Positions 39,530 through 50,660 of a stretch of DNA of 64,000 bases are shown here, in pieces. Position numbers and translations under genes: made by a program. Positions within the stretch are counted from its first letter, which is position 1, and the number at the start of each line of letters is the position of its first letter. Source of the stretch: Felis catus. Lineage: Eukaryota. The notes beneath the pieces are model-generated. The model was not told where the DNA came from, made no database searches, and saw only the letters and a list, made by a program, of their open reading frames with translations. The DNA is taken from the NCBI RefSeq assembly GCF_018350175.1, contig NC_058368.1, positions 227,976,001 to 228,040,000 of the forward strand, given 5' to 3'.

Positions 39530-42500
39530 TTCGTATCTTTTATTTGAATAACATTGTGCTGGGCATATCAGAGAAGCTCAATAAATATAATGGTGGTTGA
39601 CTTTGGTGGGATTAATGAGCCATACTAAAAACAGTTTCTTAAAATATGTAACACTTCTTCTTGAATCACATCTAAAATACAGAATTAATTTCCTTACCAC
39701 ATGGGAAAGGAGTTATACCACCAGGTTTGATCCTTAGGGTCTTTCTTTGTTACCTTTGCTTCCTATTGGAACAGGAACCTTCTGCATTTTTGATGATGTA
39801 ATATTTGAAAGTTAAAACAATTGAAATAAAGTAATCGTTCAGATTAATTTCATGTCAAAGACTAAATCACCATGAATGGGCTACATTTTCAAAAACCTTG
39901 CCTTATTCTGGCCTTTATGTTTTTTGCACCTGGTATATTTATGGCCCCGTGATAATTGAATTCACTTCACTCAATGAAAGTTGATTTATGTAATTAACTG
40001 TACCATTTCATTTGGATATTTGAAACTACCTGGGGGGTTACCTTTGAATAGAAGGCCCAGTGTTGACTGTTTTCAGTGGAAGAATTAGTAATAGAAAACC
40101 AGGAAGCTGGCGGTTCTTTGGGAAGCAGGAACTAGATGTTGCATTATAAAGCATTGTTAAATGTACTTATGATAGGAAATGTGTGTATATGTTAATATTA
40201 ATTGGGTCCTTTTATCTCTGCTGTCAGGAAAGTTGCTGTGCTGGTTTTGGTAAGAAGTGAGCATTGAAACTCATTCTTAAAGAAGCTTCGAAAGCACATT
40301 TGGTCTGCATAGTGTTTATATAATTTAGTTTTGTTAACAGTAAAAACAAATTTATTCTTTACGTATGCGGTAATAGACCTTGCATTTGCTCCCTGAAATC
40401 ATATTTTAGCATTTTTGCTGGGGAAAGAAACACCAGTGTTTGAAATTTGCCTTGTGAAATGTATAGGTAGTAATGACATTTATTACAAATTGTATTACGG
40501 TCTTTAAGAAAGGTGAAATACAGAAAACAGCAATAGGTAAATATATTGGGTTATTTCTGTTTTCCTTGGCGATATACGTTTTGCTCTGTTGGTAGCAGAG
40601 TAACTCATTTGTAACTGTGGGTAGTTTGGGGTCTAAAGACCTAATAAGCTCGTGGATGAGGCTATAAATGGGACTGTCTCCATTCATTGAAGAAATATAG
40701 CTGTGACAGGACAGATCCATGCCTGGTGTCTGGGAGTTTGTAATGGAGGTTCAGGGTCACCAAAAGCAAAGTGTCTGAACTTTCCCTTGAACTCTGATCT
40801 GCCAATAACTCTCTTTCTGAGGTGACCAAATCATTCCTGGCTCTGGCTGGAAAATCTTCAGTTGCTGTCTCCTCAAGTTTATCCTTAAGCATTTCAAAGA
40901 GGGGCAAGACAGTCTTTCCAGAAATTACTGCTTGGTTTCAGATGCATGGATTTTTCTGTATCTGATCATATTCTTGGAGTCAAAAGTTTTTCTGTTTTAC
41001 AAGTCAGCGCATCTCATTTTACTGACAGACTCCTTGGCATGGTTGTGCGTGTTAACCATTGGTTAGCATATTTATAAATATGTCTCGATTATGTTCATGG
41101 GTTTATGTTTATGATAAAAATCATAGCAAACAGGGGTTTCCAAAGTTGCGCTATCTTAAGTTGGGAAGTTCCTATACCATGGCAGCTAATTAACATGCTT
41201 CCAATAGGAGGATGTTCGAGACCCTGGGCTGGAATTATTTTTCATCACCTTTAGAGGATGCCTCTTGAGTTAATCATCTAATAATTTCTAATAACAGGAC
41301 TCAATTTTACACTGAATGGCATTTGTTTTGCTTTTCTCTTTAAATATTTCTCCACAGGAAGGGAGCAAGATTTTGAGGTTACCACGTTACAATATTTTGG
41401 CACGAGAGAAAAGCAAAGAGGAAATAAATGCAATCTTAAGTGAGGTTTCTTATGTTTGCTGGTGAACCCAACTCTCTACCTTTTTCCTTCGTTCAACAAA
41501 AATAAGCACAACTATGATAATAACAGATGCCTTCAAAATGATCGCCCAGTGAGACCTGGGCACCTGACCCTCATTTCTGCAGCTGGAGTCATGGGTTCCT
41601 GCAGAATTGTGCGTGTCTGTTGGTGGGAGTCAGCGGGAACAGGTGGATGTGAGCTGAGGGATATCTCCATATTATCTGTTGTTCCTAAACATCTTCGATC
41701 CCAGAGACCAGGTCTTGGTATGGGTAGTGACTGATGTAACGAAATAGAGTTTTCTCCTAAATAAATACCTGGTAAACTAAATCAGAACCAAAACAAAAGG
41801 ACTATGAGCTGGAGTTTTTGTTGTTTTATATTTGGAAAAATGATCATGCCCTGGTGCCTAGGATGCCCATGCAGAACAACAGCAACTCAAAGGTAACATA
41901 AAAGTAAATATTTGCATTTACTGCTTTCACAAAGCAAAAATTATCACATTAGTAAGGGTTCTCTTCCTGCCTCTAATTGATACTGGTCTTCTATGTGCTC
42001 GGACCTTGCATTTCTGAAAGAACAAGTAATTAAGGCATAGGATCATCCCCAAGCTGTGATTATCACTGTAAACAGGCTCTGATTAAAGAAGCATTATTTT
42101 TCTCCATTGTATGTGATATGGTGCTGAAATTTTCGTCCTAAACAAGGAGTGACTGGGGTAACTAAGCGAGACAATATGGTCTGGGAAGGCTCAATGTGAA
42201 AATATAACCATGCTAATAAGCAGCCGACCCCAAAGCCAAATGCTAGGAGGACATACTAGAAGGAACTCTATGAAATGCATTTAAAACTTGAATTCTACAT
42301 TTCTATTCAGAGTTCCTGAGCTTTGGGTTATGTTTGGGAGAAGAATCTTGTAAAACACTGCAGCATTATACACAAGGAGCAGGTATCATGGTCCAGGGAG
42401 CATCGTTTGTTCAAGCCATCAGCATCTAGAATGGAAAAAAAAATGCCTATGGGGAAAACAGTATTATTAAAGGTGTCCTAGCACTGCAATGTTATAGTGA

Positions 42501-43880
42501 TCAGCATCATTTCAGATGATGCCAATGATATCAAAACTTTTCCAGTGTTTTGTATGCCATGTTATAAGATTGTGTGTGTCGAATTCCTACTAAGATAACA
42601 TTTCTGTAACTTTAAGCATGATGTACATTTAGGGTCCAAGCAGCAGAGATCACTCACTTAGGCCACGCATTTTGTTTAGAGCCGGGTGATGCCTGCAAGA
42701 TCATCTGGCCACCTACCTCGTGTTGTTCACAAGGGAAGAGGTGACCAGCGTGGCTGGTGGTTTTTCAGTGTCGTCCAACCAACCAGTACGTGGGCGTCAG
42801 GATCAGAAGTGTGGCTTCCTTAGTGTTATAGCTCTTTTAGGATTTGTCTAGCAGGCTTTCCGGTCCTTACCCGAAGGATCCCCCCCCCCCCCCAAAAAAA
42901 AAAGAAGTGTGGCTCCCCAGAGCCAGGGCAACATTACTTCTCTGGACATAAGTGGAAGTGTCATCAAGGAAAAGACGAGAAAAGGTGGAAGAATGTTCCT
43001 GAGATTCTCTTTCCTTTGGCATGCCCCTCTCCTGGTGCCAAAAGTTCCCAGTTCTTACACTTGCACTTGAGAGGCACTGTAAGGAACAACATCTGGAAGG
43101 CGCATTTAGCACGGAGCCTCCCTCCTTCTCTGGCCTCCGCCTGCAGAACGTGGATGTTCCGTTTAGTGTATGCTCTCCTCGAAATGCATCAGCTTTCTGT
43201 ATCCTCCTCTGGGATTTTTCCTGCCTTTCCCCCTTCCTCTTCTTTAAACTCAGGCAGAGGAGACTTTCAGAAAATGCATGCATCTTTTTTCAGCTTTTGC
43301 TGCACAATTTCAACCCGTGGAAATGAGGGCAAAAGCAACAACCCATATCACTTCACCTGGAGCTTTTAAGATAACTGCTTTTTGAGGGGAGGCAGCTCAA
43401 ATGATTGTTGAATGAATATATTTTTGTTCCTTTTTATTATGAGTTTGTTCTTCTGTTATGATTTTTTAAATGATGATGGAATCAAGAACACAAGTACTGT
43501 TTTGGCCTTGCAGGCACAGATGTCATGTTTTCAAGATGAAAAGACCCATAGGAAAAGTAAAGAACGAAAGCTTTGCTTACATTTCTTCAGTCACCTAGTC
43601 TCCAAAATATACTCTTTCTCCAGATCCCCCTGTTCCTGTTTGAATTATTATGGTTCTTCACTTTACCCAAGCTTGACAAAATGGAACTATCTTTGACCCC
43701 TGGGTTTTCTTTCTTCCATCACGGATGGTCAAATTCCATCTGTGTTTTTTTCCCCATTCCTTCGTCAACCAGGATTTCTATAAAAAAAAAATAGCTTAGG
43801 GGTAGCAAAATGGAGGCTGGGAGAAGAGGATTTGCCTCTTTTTATTTAGCTCGTTTGTTTCCTTTTTAAAAAAATTTTAA

Positions 43881-44112
43881 GGGGCGCCTGGGTGGCTCAG
43901 TCGGTTGAGCATCCGACTTCAGCTCAGGTCACGATCTCACGGTCCGTGAGTTTGAGCCCCGCATCAGGCTCTGGGCTGATGGCTCAGAGCCTGGAGCCTG
44001 CTTCCGATTCTGTGTCTCCTTCTCTCTCTGCCCCTCCCCCATTCATGCTCTGTCTCTCTCTCTCTCAAAAATAAATAAAATTGTTAAAAAAAAATTAAAA
44101 AAAAAAATTAAA
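43881..44112 (+). mobile_element. CAN-SINE
   Basis: Full SINE with long A tail. Confidence 0.93.
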
Positions 44113-44119
44113 AAAATAT

Positions 44120-44268
44120 CTATTTATTTTTGGGAGAGGGAGACAGAGTGCAAGCACGGGCGGGGCAGAGAGAGAGGGAGACACAGAATCCGAAGCAGGC
44201 CCCAGGCTCTGGGCTGTCAGCACAGAGCCCGACACGGGGCTCGAACCCATGAAGCATGGGGTCATGAT
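44120..44268 (-). mobile_element. 5'-truncated CAN-SINE, tail-to-tail with the previous copy
   Basis: Reverse SINE lacking the 5' part of the head. Confidence 0.88.
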
Positions 44269-44289
44269 GCATTGAGGCATCATGATCGG

Positions 44290-44797
44290 ATACATTGCTT
44301 TTCCAGAATTTTAATTTAATTGAAAAAAGCTTGTTGAGACTTACTTGACCATAGATCCAAAAAATCACCTGTCACCCTGGTGTGTCCATACAAATGTAAG
44401 TGCGATGAATTGGCTAAGAAATTTCTAAAGCTTCTTCATGTCAGGGTGTGACCCTTCTGGGATTCTTTCCATCCACCGCCATTCATTCTGTAAGTTGTGA
44501 TGCTGGTGTTTTCCTGATCTTCCCAGAAGGTGTCAGTGGAAGATTTTCAGAAAACAACCAGGACGCATCTTCCTTCTTCAAATGCATCTTCAGTGGTTTG
44601 TTAACTAACATCAGGTGCAGCTATGGCCTTGTCATGCCACCTGGAGTGACTACTAAGTCTGCATAAACTCTGATAATGACAACCATGTCACGATGGTTGC
44701 CGAGCAACAGCCGTCATAAGGGTGCCTATCAGATACACCTAATTTCAATACAATAAAAAGCTCAAAAAAGATGCAACTCACCGTTGATGAAATATGG
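44290..44797 (-). mobile_element. TcMar-Tc2 (Kanga-like) DNA transposon fossil with transposase fragment
   Basis: Minus-strand 44662-44455 translates DLVVTPGGMTRP*LHLMLVNKPLKMHLKKEDASWLFSENLPLTPSGKIRKTPA, resembling the pogo/Tc2 DDE segment IPGGxTxxLQPLDVxVNKPFK. TIR-like end gatgaaatatgg followed by TA at 44798-44799. Confidence 0.75.
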
Positions 44798-45571
44798 TAC
44801 TTTCTCATCCCACTGAACTTGTTTGCCATTTTTATACGCTGCCCACTGTATCGTTGTTTAGAAGGTCATTAAACTGATAAATGCATTTGATCCTGCTGGC
44901 CTCAGGAACGGAAATCTAGTATAAATGTGTAGATGGTAACTGATAAAACTTGGATCCAATACTTTTTGGGACATAGAAATCAAGACCAAAATTTCCAAAT
45001 AGCTCTAGACTGGAGTTTGTGGGGCAGGCTAAATCCCTTGAGAATTTGCCCCCTACCTTGCTGTTGCCACTAATTGTAGTGCTAACATTTTTGCAAGAAA
45101 AAATATGGTCACATTTTTCATTTCTTACGTGCCTATGAGGATCCAGGAGTTTTACATACATTTAAATTATCACCTGTTTCTTAGGCAGGTGGATTTATTT
45201 CTAATGTACAATTTAGGAAACAAAAGCTCCCTCTGATGTCCTCTTGCTACAAGAGAACAGAGCTGGGATTTAAGTCCAGGTCTGTCTGACCTCGGTGGTT
45301 GTACTTTTCTATGTTGCCACATGGCATAGGTTGCACACATAGGCTGCAAGGCCCAAGGTAGGTGAGTCTCCATAATTCAGGGATGGAGAGTTCAGCAACG
45401 TAAGCCTGACATGGTAATTATTCAGAATACAGATCCAGGTGAAGCTTGCACCTTATTTTCTTTCTTAAGGGCACGTTTCACAATTTGTAATGATATCCTA
45501 TTTGCAATTATGTATTTATTACTATGTGGTTTATTTAATATCTTCCCCCAACGAAGGCAGGAATGACGGCT

Positions 45572-45710
45572 TGTCACCGATTCTGAGATACACAGTTTTC
45601 ACATTTTAACATCTGTGGATCCAGAATGCATCTTAACATTGAGGAGTTCAGGTTTACTTGGCAGCATTTTATCTTTCTCTTTGAGTGTTCCATAAAATAC
45701 GCATATCACA
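45572..45710. mobile_element. Second Kanga/MER104-like terminal fragment
   Basis: caccgattctgagatacac...ttttcacattttaacatctgt...atgcatctta resembles Tc2-family termini. Confidence 0.55.
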
Positions 45711-45740
45711 GTTCAGTTTTTGCTGTTTGATTGTGTTTTT

Positions 45741-45957
45741 AAAAAAATTTTTTTTTAACGTTTATTTATTTTTGAGACAGGGAGAGACCGCATGAACGGG
45801 GGAGGGTCAGAGAGAGAGGGAGACACAGAATCTGAAACAGGCTCCAGGCTCTGAGCTGTCAGCACAGAGCCTGACGCGGGGCTCGAACTCACGGACCGCG
45901 AGATCGTGACCTGAGCCGAAGTCGGACGCTTAACCGACTGAGCCACCCAGGCGCCCC
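45741..45957 (-). mobile_element. CAN-SINE (young)
   Basis: Near-consensus reverse SINE. Confidence 0.93.
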
Positions 45958-45974
45958 GATTAAGTGTGTTTTTT

Positions 45975-46178
45975 CAACGTTTTTTATTTATTTTTGGGAC
46001 AGAGAGAAACATAGCATGAACGGGGGAGGGGCAGAGAGAGAGGGAGACACAGAATCAGAAACAGGCTCCAGGCTCCGAGCCATCAGCCCAGAGCCTGACG
46101 CGGGGCTCAAACTCATGGACCGCGAGATCGTGACCCGGCTGAAGTCGGACGCTTAACCGACTGCGCCACCCAGGCGCC
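45975..46178 (-). mobile_element. Young felid CAN-SINE (SINEC_Fc-like)
   Basis: Perfect TSD ttaagtgtgtttttt 45960-45974 / 46179-46193. Confidence 0.94.
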
Positions 46179-46264
46179 TTAAGTGTGTTTTTTAATTAGC
46201 TTCGTATGCTTCGTATGTAGCACAGTTGCCCGGCCCCATAAAAAGGCAGTCACAGACATTTGTT

Positions 46265-46312
46265 GAATGAATGAATGAATGAATGAATGAATGAATGAAT
46301 GAGTGAATGAAT
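46265..46312 (+). repeat. (GAAT)n tract, probable L2 3' tail
   Basis: Preceded by acatttgtt, typical of the L2 3' end. Confidence 0.8.
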
Positions 46313-47401
46313 GGAAGTAGAACTTCAAACCTTGCCTGAAGGTACTTGGATTTCTGGATGAAGTCCTTTCCCTCCATGAGGCCCATTGTCCACCCTTGTT
46401 TCCTCATTAAGTCTGATGTAAGATTTGTTTATGGCCAGTACTCGTAGGCTGGAAGAGTGCGCTGTCCACACAGACAGGGCTGGGGTGTCCCTGGCATAAC
46501 CGTTCCTGTAGGAGGAGTCTTGCCCACTGTCGCCTGGTGGAAACTACTCATATGAAAACCCTCCTGAGACTCCCTCCAAGTAATGATTGATAACTCCTCT
46601 CCAGCAACCAGAAATCAATTTTATTTCAGGCCGACAGTGAGGGGCAGATGGTCAGATGTAGATTCAGGCTTGTGCTTTGCCTTGGTTGTGCTGCTAACGA
46701 CAATGCTCAGTTAGCTTCCTTCGTTTGAGGGGATCCCTGAAGGCACCTGCCTCTGCCTTGCCCAAAGGGGGTTGATTTCAGCGACAGGGGTTGGAAGACT
46801 TTGCAGTTTAACCGTGGAGCCTCGAGAGAGCCATGGTTATGCCTGCCAAACACAAAATGAATACCATCAGCCATCTGTGGGAATTTTTCCAGAAAGTAAC
46901 TCTTCCCAAGAGATAATGTTGTAAATGGGCTGCTGGCACAAAGATAGTGCCTGACACACCATTAGGGAAGCGCCATTGAATGTAACTAATGAAAGATAAG
47001 CACACATATAATGAAGCGTAACCTCTGTCCAGAGGTCATGCGTTGACGGAGGGTTCTTGGGACTGACACTAAGAGGCTGAACAAAGAGGATGAGAAAACA
47101 CTGCTATTTGCTGGTGACCTTTCAACCCCGCACAGAGGAGAGTGACTTCTAGTCTAGACACCTTCTTCATTCACAATTAGAACAGAAAACAGCCGCTCAC
47201 CGATACCCAGAGGTTGATTTAAAAAATGTTCCATAAACAAAGTCTAACTTTCTATGCTCCAGTTCTTTGCTTACCAAATAAGATTCAGGTCTAAGTGTTC
47301 TCTCTTGTATTAACCCTACATGTGGAGGCCACACCCTAGTAGCAGGTCAGACTTCCAAGTTCAGATACCAAATTAGCATCCAAATCAGCAGTAGGTGTTT
47401 C

Positions 47402-47601
47402 TTTTTTTTCTTTTTTCTTTTTTTTCATGAGTTGGGGGAAGGAGCAGAGAGAGAGGGAGACACAGAATCCGAAGCAGGCTCCGGGCTCTGAGCTGTCAGC
47501 ACAGAGCCCGACGCGGGGCTTGAACCCATGAACCGTGAGATCAGGCCCTGAGCTGATGTTGGATGTCAGACACTTAGCCGACTGAGCCACCCAGGTGCCC
47601 C
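47402..47601 (-). mobile_element. CAN-SINE
   Basis: Perfect TSD agcagtaggtgtttc 47387-47401 / 47602-47616. Confidence 0.92.
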
Positions 47602-47774
47602 AGCAGTAGGTGTTTCAAACCAAATTAGCATCTTGGTTTTCCAGTCAGTCTTGTAAGGTTAGTTAGTAGAATATTAGTAAGATGAGTCCCCTATTTCCTG
47701 ATTATCCTTGGGATTTGAGTTCCCGAGACTTGAACTCCAAGGACCAAATCCTGGATTTAACAATGACCTACCTT

Positions 47775-47989
47775 TGTTTTTTGTTTTTAATTTATTTTTG
47801 AAGGAGAGAGAGAGAGACAGAGCATGAGCTGGGGAGGAGCAGAGAGAGAGGGAGACGTGGAATCTGAAGCAGGCTCCAGGCTCTGAGCTGTCAGCACAGA
47901 GCCCAATGTAGGGCTTGAACTCACAAACTGTGAGATCATGATCTGAGCCAAAGTCGGACGCTTAACTGACTGAGCCACGCAGGCGCCCC
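47775..47989 (-). mobile_element. CAN-SINE ~850 nt upstream of the DNAH5 ATG
   Basis: Perfect TSD aacaatgacctacctt 47759-47774 / 47990-48005. Confidence 0.93.
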
Positions 47990-48469
47990 AACAATGACCT
48001 ACCTTAAATGTCCTGCTCTCTATTCGTCTTGATGAGAGAAATTGGATCTCTCAAATCACGTTGGCCATGGTTTCCCATTCATGTCTTCACAGTAAGGATG
48101 ATCAAGATATTTAGTCACATAGAAAAATTACGTTGGTTTATTTGTATGTACAACCGGGTGAGCAAAAGTAATTTATGGACATCATTTTCCATTTGCATAT
48201 GAAATAGGCTTCCCTTTATGGGAGGAAACGGCTCCTTTGGGGCACAATCAGCCCATCTGACAATTAGTCACAATTAGTCACAATGCTGGCAGTTAATCGT
48301 GCACATCTAGTTGTTCAGTCCAAGTAATACTGAATTTCTTGACTTGAGCAATTCATTCAGAGTGGCTTTCTCTGCTTTCTATTTTGATGTGGTTTAAAGT
48401 TTCTCACTGTTCAAGGAAATCACTCAAATACCTCTGTTGACTCCAAGCGTACTGTTGGGCAGTGTATGG

Positions 48470-48835
48470 AATTCAACGGACATCAGAAGTGACGCAACCG
48501 AGCAGTTCAAATGCTTTGATTGGTTGATAAACACAAGCGAGGGACACAGTGCACTGTAGGGATGTAAACGGTATTGCCCTAACAACACAGGCTTCGGAGC
48601 AGAGGAGAGGCCGAGGGGGGAGACTCTAGAAGGAAAACGTGAATAGTACAGGTGCACTTTTAATTTTTATCCTGTGCATATGGTGAGTAATGCGTGCAGA
48701 GTGGACACGTGAAGGTGAAGTTCTGGTCCTCCAGAGCAGGGTTCACTTGAAAGCCTGTTGGATGAGGGGCAGGCCTCCAGGAGTTATAGGATCATTTAGG
48801 AAGACCTCTTGCCACTTGCTGACCAGACTGCTGTG
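48470..48835 (+). promoter_or_regulatory. DNAH5: Putative DNAH5 proximal promoter / 5' UTR
   Basis: Repeat-free sequence directly upstream of the ATG. Motifs: CAACGG (MYB-type) 48474-48479, TGACG 48490-48494, inverted CCAAT 48519-48523, forkhead ATAAACA 48527-48533, degenerate X-box ATTGCCCTAACAAC 48573-48586. The TSS cannot be placed from sequence alone. Confidence 0.6.
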
Positions 48836-48892
48836 ATGTTTCGGATCGGTAGGAGACAGCTCTGGAAGCAGAGCGTCACCCGCATTCTAACG
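48836..48892 (+). CDS. DNAH5: Dynein axonemal heavy chain 5, coding exon 1
   Basis: Manual translation from ATG 48836 gives MFRIGRRQLWKQSVTRILT, nearly identical to the human DNAH5 N-terminus as I recall it (MFRIGRRQLWKHSVTRVLT). Followed by donor ACG|gtaagg (phase 0). In-frame upstream TAG at 48797-48799; G at -3. Confidence 0.96.
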
Positions 48893-49749
48893 GTAAGGGG
48901 CTGTTGTCCGTAAACTTGCACGTGGGTCTTGGATTATCATCATTCACACCATGTGGCAAAATACCTAAAAACATGTCAAAGTTATATCGTGATGAATTTG
49001 TGAGCAACATGTTTGCTTACTAATTTGGGGTCGTTCATAATGTTACGCGTTGGTATTTCAAATACAAAAAAAAGGGGGAGGGAAGGGGACCGTATCTTTT
49101 GGCTTTTCTGCACGTTGCTGCCTGAACTATAACTACCTGTAGACATACATGCCTGCATTTTTTGGGGGGGGGACAATGCTTGTCTGAGGGGGAAAAAGCA
49201 CATTCAGGGTGCTTTGGTGACTTTGCATTCTTTCAGCCCTGGATGCTTGTGTTGGTGATGGGAGAGAGTTAAGGCAGATTCTGGGGTGCAAGTTTTCTCT
49301 GCTCTTTGGAATCAATCCCCGGTTCTATAGGCCTGGAAATGAGGTCACACAAGGATGTGCCTTTGGAGTCACATTGAAGAATGAGCTTCCCTGGCATAGG
49401 GCTCAGCTCAGCAGTTTTTTATTATGCAAATGCAGAGAGGGATTTGGAACCTCTTCCGCTGCCAATTAATGTCAGAAGAAAATGGTGGTTGCTCTAGGAC
49501 CCCATTCTCCACATTAACCCGTGCTTCCTCAGGGCTGGATCACTATCTGTCATGCATCCCCAGCAGCCCAGATGATTCTGTCTAGTCTTGCAACCTGCTG
49601 TTTCACCACAAAACGGCAGGGATGCTGTCTCTGCATTTCTCAGCACTCTGCCACCAGTCACCTTCCCTTCCCCAGCCCCACCATTCTGATGCATCCGTTC
49701 CAAGGTCAACATCTTCCAGCCAAGCCCTGGGACTTATTTGCCTGTAAAC

Positions 49750-50008
49750 ACTCATTTTTTAAGACCAAATGCCAGCAGCGCCTCCTCTGAGAAGCCCTCC
49801 CAGCACTTTGCTTCTGCATCTGCTAGCACCCTTGTCACATCACTGCAGTGAAATGACATTTGTCTACCTATCCCCTTCCCTCACTAGATTGTGAGTCCCT
49901 GGAGGACAGGGATGATGGGCTCTCCATTTGTAGATAGACTTCTCCTAGCACGGAGCCTGGTGCTGATCCACCTTAATTTTGTGCTTGGTTAATAAAGTGA
50001 ATGAATTA
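49750..50008 (+). mobile_element. L2 3' fragment
   Basis: ctagattgtgagtccctggaggacaggga...cctagcacggagcctgg...gtgaatgaat. Confidence 0.7.
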
Positions 50009-50222
50009 AACTTCTCACTGAATATCTTACTGCTGAGTCTTTAATGTTAAAATCAATGATAAAAATCTTGACTAATTGACTAAAAATCTCGATTAATTAA
50101 TTATATTCTTCTTTGGCATGAGCTACCGTTTGGGGCTAAGCTTTTTGGGGGGTTCATTTATATATTTCGGGTGCTGGTTCTGTTTGCCCCTCTGAAGAAT
50201 GAGATTAAGAGAATTACCTCAA

Positions 50223-50660
50223 GCTCTTTCCGCCATCTTGGAACCTGTGGAGGCCTGCTGGGAACAGGACTCCTAAAACAACAAATATGTCTGGAGGCTG
50301 TGGTCCAAAGCCATTTTTGCTGGCTGTTAAGTGGGGTCTCCCCAGAGGGAGCACATAGCTCTTCTTAAAATTGAAGATGTTTATGCTCAAGATGAAGCTG
50401 AATTCTATCTAGGTAAGAGATGTGCTTATGTGTACAAAGCAAAGGACAACACAGTGACTCCTGGTGGTGAACCGAATAAAACCAGAGCAACCTGGGGAAA
50501 AGTAACTCGTGCTCATGGAAACAGTGGCATGGTTCGAGTCAAATTCCAAAGCAACCTTCCTGCTAAAGATATTGGTTGCAGAATCCGTGTGATGCTGTAC
50601 CCCCCAAGGATTTAAACTAACTGCAAAGTAAGTAAATAAAGGTGTAGATTAAAAAAAGAG
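50223..50660 (+). pseudogene. RPL35A: RPL35A (eL33) processed pseudogene, full length, frameshifted
   Basis: 5'TOP-like start ctctttccgccatcttgg, ATG 50287, intronless CDS ending ...[14 protein letters not shown] 50615, AATAAA 50635-50640, short A tail, perfect TSD agagaattacctcaa (50208-50222 / 50661-50675). About three indels in the first ~60 coding nt relative to recalled RPL35A mRNA. Confidence 0.96.

Noticed and set aside
1..48400. A specific alternative DNAH5 first exon or another gene upstream
   Set aside because: I could not identify a CpG island or a convincing exon; short exons cannot be excluded without transcript data.
50331..50615. 94-aa RPL35A-like ORF as a functional gene
   Set aside because: GTG start created by frameshifts; the true ATG (50287) is disconnected by indels; TSD and A tail show a retrocopy.
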